Shown here piece by piece: positions 10,656-19,028 of a DNA stretch of 64,000 nucleotides. A program made the position numbers and the translations under genes. Under the pieces are notes generated by a model. The model saw only the letters and a program-made list of their open reading frames with translations. It ran no database searches and had not been told where the DNA came from. This DNA is from Desulfobacterales bacterium. Lineage in GTDB: Bacteria; Desulfobacterota; Desulfobacteria; Desulfobacterales; UBA2174. The stretch is taken from contig CAXXWC010000001.1 of the NCBI GenBank assembly GCA_963668645.2, positions 224,001 through 288,000 of the forward strand. Reading direction: 5' to 3'. Every line of letters starts with the position of its first letter. The first letter of the stretch is position 1.

Positions 10656-11948
10656 TTAGGCCTGGGCCGGGGCGGCTTCGGCCGGCAGTTCTTCTTCGAT
10701 CGTTTCCGGCTCTGCCGGCGGGGCGTTCAGATCCACCTCGTTGGGAAACACCGGCAGGTAACGGTAGCTGAGGCTGACCAGGATGATGCCGTAGGCCAGC
10801 GGCAGGATCGTGGTGGCCACCTCCTGCCAGCTCGGATAATACAGGGCCCAGGTGTCGAAGGGCATCACCGGCACCGCCATGACCTGGAGCACCATGACCC
10901 AGCGGTTGACCGACACCCCGATCACCCCGAGCAGCGTGGCCAGGAAAAGGGTTTTCGGGTTCTTGCGCCCCTTTTCACTGACCAGGATCAACGCCGGGAT
11001 GAAGCCGCCGATGACGATCTCCACGATGAGCCAGCCGAAGTTGTAAAACCAGTTGTCGTAGAAATACCCGAGGCTGAACCCGGTTCCGGGTGCCGTCTGG
11101 GCGGCCCACCAGATCGTATCGAGGCTCTTGGCGATGATGTAGGTCAGCATCATCCAGCCGGAAATCTTGGCCAGGAGCCATACGGTGCTGTCCTTGACCA
11201 GCTTCTTGGCGGTGATCTTCTCGGTGATCTTGAGCAGGAAAATGGTAAAGCAGGGACCGAAGGCCGCCGCCGACCAGGTAAAGAGGAAAAAGGTCCAGGG
11301 CCAGATGAAGAGCCCCTCGCGGAAGGAAAAGGGCCGGCCGAAAAGGACCCCGGCCACCCCGCCCAGGCTCCCCTGGTGGAAAAAGGACAAAAAGGCGCCG
11401 GTGGCGGCAAAGACCGCCATGACCTCGTGCATGTTGTGGCTCAGGTTGTGGAAAAAGGGCACCCTGTCGATCTGGCGGTTTTCCAGGATCAGGGGGATGT
11501 ATTCGATGGTCAGGACCCCGAAGTAGCACGAGAGGCAGAAGGCCACCTCGGTGAGCATCGAATGGACATTGGCGTGCCAGAAGATGAACCACCCGCGAAG
11601 GGGTTGGCCGATGTCGATGGCCAGGATCAACAGGGCCGAGCTGTAGCAGATGAAGCCGATGAGCACGGCGAAGTTGATAATGTTCTTCAGATCGTCCTTG
11701 CCCACGATGTAGCGCAGAAAACCGGTGAAAAAGGCGCCACCGCCCAGGGCGATCACCGCCAGGTCGGCCCAGATCCACAGGGCGAATCCGTAGTAGTCGT
11801 TCATGTTGGTCTGGTTGAGGCCTTTGAACCAGCATAGCAGCATGGCGTAGACCCCCCAGAGCAGCACGAGCCCCACCGCACCGATCCACAGGACGAATTG
11901 CCACGTCGGGCAACGCTTGACGCCTTTGGGAAACAAAGCTGAATCCAT
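10656..11948 (-). CDS. qrcD: Quinone reductase complex membrane subunit QrcD (NrfD/PsrC family)
   Basis: Polytopic protein with WIWADLAVIALGGGAF, DIGQPLR and HQGSLGG motifs; follows qrcABC. Confidence 0.9.
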   Translation of the reverse strand: MDSALFPKGVKRCPTWQFVLWIGAVGLVLLWGVYAMLLCWFKGLNQTNMNDYYGFALWIWADLAVIALGGGAFFTGFLRYIVGKDDLKNIINFAVLIGFICYSSALLILAIDIGQPLRGWFIFWHANVHSMLTEVAFCLSCYFGVLTIEYIPLILENRQIDRVPFFHNLSHNMHEVMAVFAATGAFLSFFHQGSLGGVAGVLFGRPFSFREGLFIWPWTFFLFTWSAAAFGPCFTIFLLKITEKITAKKLVKDSTVWLLAKISGWMMLTYIIAKSLDTIWWAAQTAPGTGFSLGYFYDNWFYNFGWLIVEIVIGGFIPALILVSEKGRKNPKTLFLATLLGVIGVSVNRWVMVLQVMAVPVMPFDTWALYYPSWQEVATTILPLAYGIILVSLSYRYLPVFPNEVDLNAPPAEPETIEEELPAEAAPAQA

Positions 11949-12005
11949 TTTATCTCGACTCCTGAAAGGTTGGGTTGGTCATCGGTTCCTGCCCGCCTTC
12001 AAGGA

Positions 12006-12809
12006 CTAATGGCCGGCGCCCTGGCGCCCGAAGTTGTACTGGTCGCACATCTTGCGCACCCATTCACGCTCGGTCAGATAGTAGACCTTGGGATTGGTGC
12101 CGAGCTGCTCCAGCAGACGAAAAGCCTTCTTCGAATGCCCGGTGAAATGATGATGGGAGTCGGGCTGGACGATCCGGGCCACCTGGTGTTCGTGATTGTT
12201 CAGGTCCCCGAAAACGATGGCCCCGGCCGGGCAGGCCTGGGTGCAGGCCGTCTGGTATTCGTCCTCGGCCACCTCATCGCGCTTTTCGTAGATCGCCTTT
12301 TCCTTGGCCAACTGGTAGCGGTGGTAGCAAAATGAGCACTTTTCCACCACCCCGCGCATGCGCGGCGACACGTTGGGGCTGAGGTATTTTTCCATCCCGT
12401 CCGGCCAGACCGGATCCCACCAGTTGAAATAGCGTGCATGGTAGGGGCAGGCGGCCATGCAGTACCGGCAGCCGAAGCAGCGGGTATAGATCTGGCTGAC
12501 GACGCCGGTCTCCATGCTGTAGTCGGTGGCCGTGGCCGGGCAGACCGAAACGCAGGGGCTGTGGCCGTGCTGGCCTTCGCAGTGCATGCACGGCCGGGGC
12601 AGGTAGCAAACATCGGCATCCGGATAGGATTTACCGTTGGTCAGCTTGTAGACCCGCATCCAGGTGATGCTGTCGCGTTTGTTGGATTCATCGACCTTGA
12701 ACGGGACGTTGTTTTCGGACATGCAGGCCACCATGCAGGAACCGCAACCGGTGCATTTGTCCAGGTCGATGACCATGCCAAACTTGTGCTGCTGAGCGTT
12801 CATTTCCAT
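12006..12809 (-). CDS. qrcC: QrcC Fe-S electron transfer subunit (NrfC/DmsB family)
   Basis: CTGCGSC, CMHC, CFGCRYCMAACP and KCSFC motifs. Confidence 0.9.
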   Translation of the reverse strand: MEMNAQQHKFGMVIDLDKCTGCGSCMVACMSENNVPFKVDESNKRDSITWMRVYKLTNGKSYPDADVCYLPRPCMHCEGQHGHSPCVSVCPATATDYSMETGVVSQIYTRCFGCRYCMAACPYHARYFNWWDPVWPDGMEKYLSPNVSPRMRGVVEKCSFCYHRYQLAKEKAIYEKRDEVAEDEYQTACTQACPAGAIVFGDLNNHEHQVARIVQPDSHHHFTGHSKKAFRLLEQLGTNPKVYYLTEREWVRKMCDQYNFGRQGAGH

Positions 12810-12827
12810 CGAAACCTCGTCGTCTCT

Positions 12828-15029
12828 TTAGGCTTTGGCAAGCTTGGCCTGGATGCCCCAGGCCGCGTCCAGTCCAGAGGCCGGATCGTCCACCGGTCCG
12901 AGCAAGGCGTTGACATTGGCGCCCTTGCCGGCCAGGTAAACGTCGAAGGCCGTATGCCCCAGCCCCCTGGGCATGGCCACCAGGCCGGGTCTCACCCCCC
13001 CGGCCAGATGGACGCGCACCCGGGCCTTGCCCCGCGGGGTACTCAACTCGGCATATTGGCCTTCGCGCAACCCCAAACCGTCGGCCGTTTGGGGATTGAC
13101 ATCCACGAAGATGTCGGTTCCCTTGAGGGTCTCGTCACCTACGGTCTTGGTCATGAAAGGGGTGTTGGCCGCCGCGCCGCCGGCAAGACGCAGTGAATCA
13201 TAAGCCACCAGCACCAGCGGATAGGCCCCCTTGTCCCCTTCGATCTGAATCGGCCGATAGGTCCCGGCGAATTCGAACTTGCCCGAGGCCGTAGCGAAGG
13301 CCCCGGCCCAGCTCGCCGGGGAGATCGGCCGCGCCACGTAGCCGTTTTCCACCAGGTCGTCCCAGCCGTCGCCCAGCGTTTCTTCCAGGCAGCCCTCGAA
13401 GCTTTCCCAGCTGAAGGCATCGGCAACGGGTGCGCCCAGAGCCTGGGCCAGCGCCAGGATCACATCGCCGCTGTGGCGGGTGCGGCGCTGGGGAGCGACC
13501 ACCGGCTGGGCCAGACCGATCAAGGCCTGGTTCAAGCCGGCCGGCGCGGCCACGTCCTCGTAACGTTCCAGGTAAAAATGGTTGGGAAGGATCAGGTCGG
13601 CGTAGGCACTGGTTTCATCCTTGAGGCTCGAAAAGCTCACGATGAAGGGAATCTTTTCCAGGGCTTTTTGGACCGTTGCCGTATCCGGTTGGGTATAAAG
13701 CGGATTGGCTTCGAAGACCAGCAGGGCCTGCACCGGGTCGGCCTTGCCCTCGGCCACCGCTGCAAAGAATCGATGGGCCAGGCTATGGGCATCGGCAAAG
13801 GGCGCCTTTCCCGCGCCGTCGATGCGCGCCTGCTGCAGTCCGTCGGCGGCCGTCGCGTCGATTTCGGCCTCAGGCCATTGAATGTAGTCGATCTCCGGCA
13901 GGGCCCAGACCCCGCCTTTGCGATTGACGGCACCCACCAGGGCGTTGAGGCTGTGGACCGCCATGGCTTCTTCCACGCTTCCGGCAGTCATCCCCCGGCC
14001 CCTTCCGCAAAGGGCCACCCCGGCGCCCGCCTTGGCAAACTCGCGGGCCAGACCGGCAATGACATCCTTTTCAACCCCGGTGATCTGCGCCACCTTGTCC
14101 GGCGTAAAATCGGCCAACACCATATCGCGCCACGCCTCGAAACCGGCGCTGTAAAAGGCGACGAAGTTGTAATCATACAACCCCTCGCTGAGGATCACGT
14201 GAGCCATTCCGAGGGCCAGGGCCGCTTCGGTGCCCGGGGCGATGGCTATCCAGCGGTCGGCCTTGGCCGCCGTATTGGACAGGTACGGTTCAACCTGGAC
14301 CAGGGGCACCTTGCGCTCTTTCCAGAGGCTGCGGGTGCGGATCATGCGTACCGGCGACCCCCATCCCTCGATGATGCCGCTGCCGAAGCTCAAGACGAAG
14401 TCGGCGTTCTCCAGATCGTACCCGACCATGGCCTGCTGGCCATGCATCCGGTAAAGGGCCATTTCGTAAGCATCCACCGCCGAAGCGGGTCGCATCAGAT
14501 TGGGCGATCCGTACACCGTCATGAAGCGCTCGAGCAGTGCGGAGAAGGTCCCGCGGCCTGCGCCGTTGACGGCCGCCACCGCCTGGGGCTGGCCGGCTTC
14601 GCGCAGTCCGGCCAATTTCTGCGCCACTTCGGCGACGGCTTCATCCCAGGAGATGGGAATCCAGCGGCCCTCGCCCCGTTTTCCGGCGCGCTTGAGCGGC
14701 CCGTCGACGCGGCTGGGACCGTAAAGCATCTGGAGGCCGGAAAGCCCCAGCGGGCAGATCCCGCCATCGTTGACCGGATGGCCGGCCATGCCTTCGATCT
14801 TCACGGCCCGCTTTTCCACCCGGCGCACCTGGATCCCGCAGCCTCCGGGGCACAGGGTGCAGGTGCTGTTGGCGTAGGTGTAGGCACCGTCGGGCGGCAC
14901 GGGAGTCCATGGCCACATCTGGGTCCAGATCGAAAGATCGTCCGTCAGCTTCCAGGGCAGGGGCGTCAACGCCGTTCCGGCGGCCCCGCCGATCACAAAG
15001 GATAAAAAGCTTCTGCGGTCCAATTTCAT
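12828..15029 (-). CDS. qrcB: QrcB molybdopterin-oxidoreductase-like subunit
   Basis: Tat signal DRRSFL, CTLCPGGC motif, molybdopterin-oxidoreductase-like sequence, operon context. Confidence 0.9.
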   Translation of the reverse strand: MKLDRRSFLSFVIGGAAGTALTPLPWKLTDDLSIWTQMWPWTPVPPDGAYTYANSTCTLCPGGCGIQVRRVEKRAVKIEGMAGHPVNDGGICPLGLSGLQMLYGPSRVDGPLKRAGKRGEGRWIPISWDEAVAEVAQKLAGLREAGQPQAVAAVNGAGRGTFSALLERFMTVYGSPNLMRPASAVDAYEMALYRMHGQQAMVGYDLENADFVLSFGSGIIEGWGSPVRMIRTRSLWKERKVPLVQVEPYLSNTAAKADRWIAIAPGTEAALALGMAHVILSEGLYDYNFVAFYSAGFEAWRDMVLADFTPDKVAQITGVEKDVIAGLAREFAKAGAGVALCGRGRGMTAGSVEEAMAVHSLNALVGAVNRKGGVWALPEIDYIQWPEAEIDATAADGLQQARIDGAGKAPFADAHSLAHRFFAAVAEGKADPVQALLVFEANPLYTQPDTATVQKALEKIPFIVSFSSLKDETSAYADLILPNHFYLERYEDVAAPAGLNQALIGLAQPVVAPQRRTRHSGDVILALAQALGAPVADAFSWESFEGCLEETLGDGWDDLVENGYVARPISPASWAGAFATASGKFEFAGTYRPIQIEGDKGAYPLVLVAYDSLRLAGGAAANTPFMTKTVGDETLKGTDIFVDVNPQTADGLGLREGQYAELSTPRGKARVRVHLAGGVRPGLVAMPRGLGHTAFDVYLAGKGANVNALLGPVDDPASGLDAAWGIQAKLAKA

Positions 15030-15070
15030 CGATATTACCCCTTCGAGTTAAACATCCTGGCTCGGCGCGT

Positions 15071-15826
15071 TTACTTGTGGCAGACAAAACAGGCGTCGCG
15101 TTGGGTCTGGACGCTCGATCCGACCGCCGCCCGGCGGTCCAGCGGATAGATCATCGGTGCGATCTCCTGGCGGAAATGGCGCGTTGCCGGGCCCATGGCC
15201 TCGGCCAGATGGGCCGATTCCACCGCCTTTTCGTGGCACTGGGCGCAGTCGTCCATCTTCATGCGATCATACGTGTTGGATTTGAAACCGGCGATGCTCT
15301 GGCCCCAGATGTCCCGGCTGTAACCGGTGATACGGTTTTCCTGGTAGGGTTTGAGACTGGTGGAGGTCCCCACGTCGCCATGGCAGGTTTCGCAGTCCAT
15401 CTGGCCCTTGATCACATGGGCCGCGTGGGAGAAGAAGACACAGTCGGGTTGGCGCGAGTAAACGTGCCAGGGCACCTCGCGCTCCTTTTGAACGTACTGG
15501 GCCACGAAAACGGCCTCGTCTTCGCTTTCGCCCATCACCTCCTCGTGGCAGTCGGTGCACTGGGCCAGACCCGGCACTCCGGAAAAAGTGCCGTCCTCCC
15601 TGAAGAAGTGGCAGCTTTCGCAGTCGCCCACTTCCACGGTGTGCAACGCATGATTGAAATCGAAGGGCTGGGATTTTGTCGAGTAGAGCAATTGGGGAAA
15701 GATGACCCATCCGAGGACGATGCTGGCCGCAAACCCGAGAATGAAGAACAAGAGGATCGTTCCGCCACCCTTTTTCTCGGCGGCGGCACCGGAAGCCGCG
15801 TGCGCTTTGTCGTTTTTGATGCTCAT
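15071..15826 (-). CDS. qrcA: QrcA membrane-anchored multiheme cytochrome c
   Basis: Five CxxCH motifs (CESCH, CTDCH, CETCH, CAQCH, CFVCH) and an N-terminal TM helix. Start set at ATG 15826 after GGAG. Confidence 0.9.
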   Translation of the reverse strand: MSIKNDKAHAASGAAAEKKGGGTILLFFILGFAASIVLGWVIFPQLLYSTKSQPFDFNHALHTVEVGDCESCHFFREDGTFSGVPGLAQCTDCHEEVMGESEDEAVFVAQYVQKEREVPWHVYSRQPDCVFFSHAAHVIKGQMDCETCHGDVGTSTSLKPYQENRITGYSRDIWGQSIAGFKSNTYDRMKMDDCAQCHEKAVESAHLAEAMGPATRHFRQEIAPMIYPLDRRAAVGSSVQTQRDACFVCHK

Positions 15827-16313
15827 GGAAACTCCGTCATCGGTGTTGGGGCCGCCGCCAAAGGCGCTCAATCGGCCGCTGAGATGGACATCACCCCGGA
15901 ACCCGGGAAGCTTGTCAGGCCGGCACGCCCCGCAAGCCGGTAGGGGAGAACGGCGGGGTCCAGCAACCGCCGAAAACGGGGCTATCCGGACGGCACAGTG
16001 CCTTTCGCCGAAATGCGGCGATGCGATGTGTCGCGCCGTGTGGTGTCATGCCTGCCATCGCACGTTCAATTGTCAACATCCTGTCAGATCGCTCTCAGGG
16101 GTCTCTGCTGACCGGCGTTAGGCGGGGCACCGGTTCGTCTTAAGCAGAAACCACTTAAAAAGAAACAGCGCTGATGTATCCTGTGCGCCGGGCTTTGTCA
16201 AGTAGAAATGCCCGTCCGCCAGGCCAATTTAGGGCTATATTCCAAGCACCTACAATCCGATAGGCAAAATGGGAAAATCGCTGCGAACGACCCCTCGGAA
16301 CCCCTCGAACCGG

Positions 16314-17342
16314 CTATTGCCCCATGGCCCCGTAGCTGTGCAACCCGGGCAGGAGGTTGACGCCGAAGTAAGTGAACAAGACGGCCATGAATCCGAGAAT
16401 CGACAGGTAGGCGATGCGCCTGCCCTGCCAGCCGCGCATCAGCCGGGCGTGCAGCAAGGTGGCGTAGACGAACCAGGTGATCAGGGACCAGGTTTCCTTC
16501 GGATCCCAGCCCCAGTAGCGGCCCCAGGCCGAATTGGCCCAGACCGCGCCGGTGATGATGCCCGCCGAAAGAAAGACGAACCCGAACATCACGGTCTGGT
16601 GGGTCATCAGATCGATGAGCAAACTGTCGGGAAAGCGCATAAAAATACCGGCTTGGAGCCGCTCGTGGCGTCCCACCAGCCAGGCGGCCAGGTCGATCAG
16701 GGCGGTCAAGACGGCCGCCGCGGCCAGGGCCGGCATAAGGTGCCACCCCAGGATGAAACGGGTCAGGATCAATCCGAGTCCCAGCAGGTTCAGTTGCAGT
16801 ACCAGCAGGTCGCCCAGCCGGGATCCGGTCCCGGCAGAGCGGTCGGTGTGCATCCGCTCGACCAGGTACATGATGCTCAGGCCGAAAGCGACCGCGAAGG
16901 CGGCATAGCCGATAAAGCAGGTGATCACGTGGGCAATGAGCCAGTTGCTCTTCAGGGCCGGAATCAACGGCTGGATCCGATCGCTGACGTTGGGCGACAG
17001 CGAGGCGTAGGCCATGGCCAGAGCGGCCATGGGCAGGGTAAAAGCCCCGATGATGCGGTTGCGGTGGCGCGCTTCGATGATCAGGTAGGTCAGAGTGACC
17101 GTCATGGAGAAGAAAACCAGCGATTCGTAGAGATTGCTCAGCGGAGCGTGGCCGAAACCGAGCCGGTAGGACTCGATCCAGCGCAGAATGAATCCGGCCC
17201 CGTTGCCCACCAGGCCGACCATGGATGTCCAGGTGGCCACGCGGCCGGGCAGATCCCGGTGAAAGATCCAGCCGGCCAGGTACAACACGGCGGCCAGCCC
17301 GTATATGAAGGTGGTCAGGGAAAGAAGCAGTGAACTGGTCAT
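16314..17342 (-). CDS. resC: System II cytochrome c biogenesis WWD-domain protein (ResC/CcsA; called CcsB in some annotations)
   Basis: GAVWANSAWGRYWGWDPKETWSLITW motif and C-terminal GLHSYG. Confidence 0.93.
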   Translation of the reverse strand: MTSSLLLSLTTFIYGLAAVLYLAGWIFHRDLPGRVATWTSMVGLVGNGAGFILRWIESYRLGFGHAPLSNLYESLVFFSMTVTLTYLIIEARHRNRIIGAFTLPMAALAMAYASLSPNVSDRIQPLIPALKSNWLIAHVITCFIGYAAFAVAFGLSIMYLVERMHTDRSAGTGSRLGDLLVLQLNLLGLGLILTRFILGWHLMPALAAAAVLTALIDLAAWLVGRHERLQAGIFMRFPDSLLIDLMTHQTVMFGFVFLSAGIITGAVWANSAWGRYWGWDPKETWSLITWFVYATLLHARLMRGWQGRRIAYLSILGFMAVLFTYFGVNLLPGLHSYGAMGQ

Positions 17343-18808
17343 GAAGGGTTCCCTTGCCCCGCACTTTCGACGGCAGTGCCCGCGGCGGCGGCTAAGTCAC
17401 GGCCCAAACCGTCCAATCGACGCTGCAGGGCCATCTTGTTTCTGTGGGTCGTACCGTAAAGAGTTACCTCACTGCCCTTCCGGCGAGCCTGGATTTCAAC
17501 GCAAACCTGCTCGTGGGCCATGAAAAAGGTCACCAGACAGCCGAGAATCATGATCACGAATCCCAGGTAGACCACGGCAACCCCCGGATCGCGGGTCACC
17601 TGCAGTCCGGTGTAGTATCGCACGGCCTGCATGGCGGCCTCGGCCCGGGCCGCGATGGCCACCTTGCCGCGGCGCATCTTGTCGAAACCGGGAAACCGCA
17701 AAGGCAGCACCACGCTCTGGGGGCTCTGGCCCGGATGGACGATGGTGGCCGCAACGGCCGGTCCGATGGGCTGGCCCATGAAATCGGCCATGGGCAAAAA
17801 TCCGTCGACGGTCACCGTGCCCAGATCGTCGGGCAGGGCCACCGTATCGCCGATCCGGACCTGTTCGCGCACGGCGTTTCCGCTGCCGGCGGCGGAAATT
17901 TCCAGCTCGATCTTGTCCGGCGCCTTAGCCCCGGCCGCGTCAAGCCGCGGGGGGAGCTTGCCGTAGCTCGACTGGAAGATGTTGATCCCCTCGAAACGCA
18001 GCGGATCGTTGACGATGATCTCTTTTTCCCGGATCACCGTCCCGTCGCGCACCAGGCTGAGGCTGGAGCGATACTCTTTGGGTGTGCCGTTGGGGTACAC
18101 CGAAAGCTTGAAGTCATTGCAGCGGATGGCGAAGGGAAGCTTCAGTGACGCCTCACCGTGACGCAACACGATGGTGTCCACCGTTTCGCCCTCCGGAATG
18201 TTGACGTAGCCCTCGAACCCGAAGATCGAGCCGATCAACCCGCCGAGTACCAGGATCACCACGCTGGCATGCACGGCGTAAATCCCCAGCCGGCTCCAGC
18301 GCCAGCGCTCGGCGAAGATGCGCCGATCCTCATCGGCGGCCTCGACCTGCATCCGCCCGTAGCGCCTGCCGATGACGACCGAGAGCGGATCGGTCAGGGA
18401 CGCCGGTTCGATCGGGATCTCGAAGCGCACCTGATGGGTACTTTTGCGAAAACGCTCGATGCGGTATTTGGGCCGGCGGGTAAAAATAATGTGGGCCGTG
18501 CTCGAGAGCCGGTCGATGGAGCAGACCACGATGTTGGCCACCAGCATGAGCAGCAACAGCTGGAACCACCAGGCATGGTACATGTCGAAGACGTCCAGCG
18601 CCTCAAGAAGCCGATAGCGAAACGGGCCGAAAGCCCGCAGGTAGGCGGCCGGACTCTCGTTTTGCGGAATCAGGGTGCCGATAATGGAAGTGGCGGCCAG
18701 GGAAAGCAGCACGACCACGGTCAAACGGACCGATGCCAGAAACCGCCACAATGCGTTCACTGGTCCCAGAAGGCACCTCCCGGAAAGAGGTTGTTCATCT
18801 GCCTGCAT
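17339..18808 (-). CDS. resB: System II cytochrome c biogenesis protein ResB/Ccs1
   Basis: IIGTLIPQ, DMYHAWWF, VNDPL and GLQVTRDPG motifs; 4-bp overlap with resC. Confidence 0.9.
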   Translation of the reverse strand: MQADEQPLSGRCLLGPVNALWRFLASVRLTVVVLLSLAATSIIGTLIPQNESPAAYLRAFGPFRYRLLEALDVFDMYHAWWFQLLLLMLVANIVVCSIDRLSSTAHIIFTRRPKYRIERFRKSTHQVRFEIPIEPASLTDPLSVVIGRRYGRMQVEAADEDRRIFAERWRWSRLGIYAVHASVVILVLGGLIGSIFGFEGYVNIPEGETVDTIVLRHGEASLKLPFAIRCNDFKLSVYPNGTPKEYRSSLSLVRDGTVIREKEIIVNDPLRFEGINIFQSSYGKLPPRLDAAGAKAPDKIELEISAAGSGNAVREQVRIGDTVALPDDLGTVTVDGFLPMADFMGQPIGPAVAATIVHPGQSPQSVVLPLRFPGFDKMRRGKVAIAARAEAAMQAVRYYTGLQVTRDPGVAVVYLGFVIMILGCLVTFFMAHEQVCVEIQARRKGSEVTLYGTTHRNKMALQRRLDGLGRDLAAAAGTAVESAGQGNPS

Positions 18809-19028
18809 CGTCTCATTTTATAAAATAGGATGCCGCCCCGCTTGCGATTGAGGACCTGCAGGGCGACATGGCGCCCTTGTATAGCAGATCCCCCCCTGGG
18901 GGGCAACCGGTCGCAACCGGGGTCAGCAAGGCAGCGGCAAAGGGTCTTGCCCTCACCCCGCAAAGAGGTGATCGGGCCCCGGCCTGCCTTTTCCTTTCCC
19001 TTTTTGAGCAGCGCGGCAAAACGAACTG

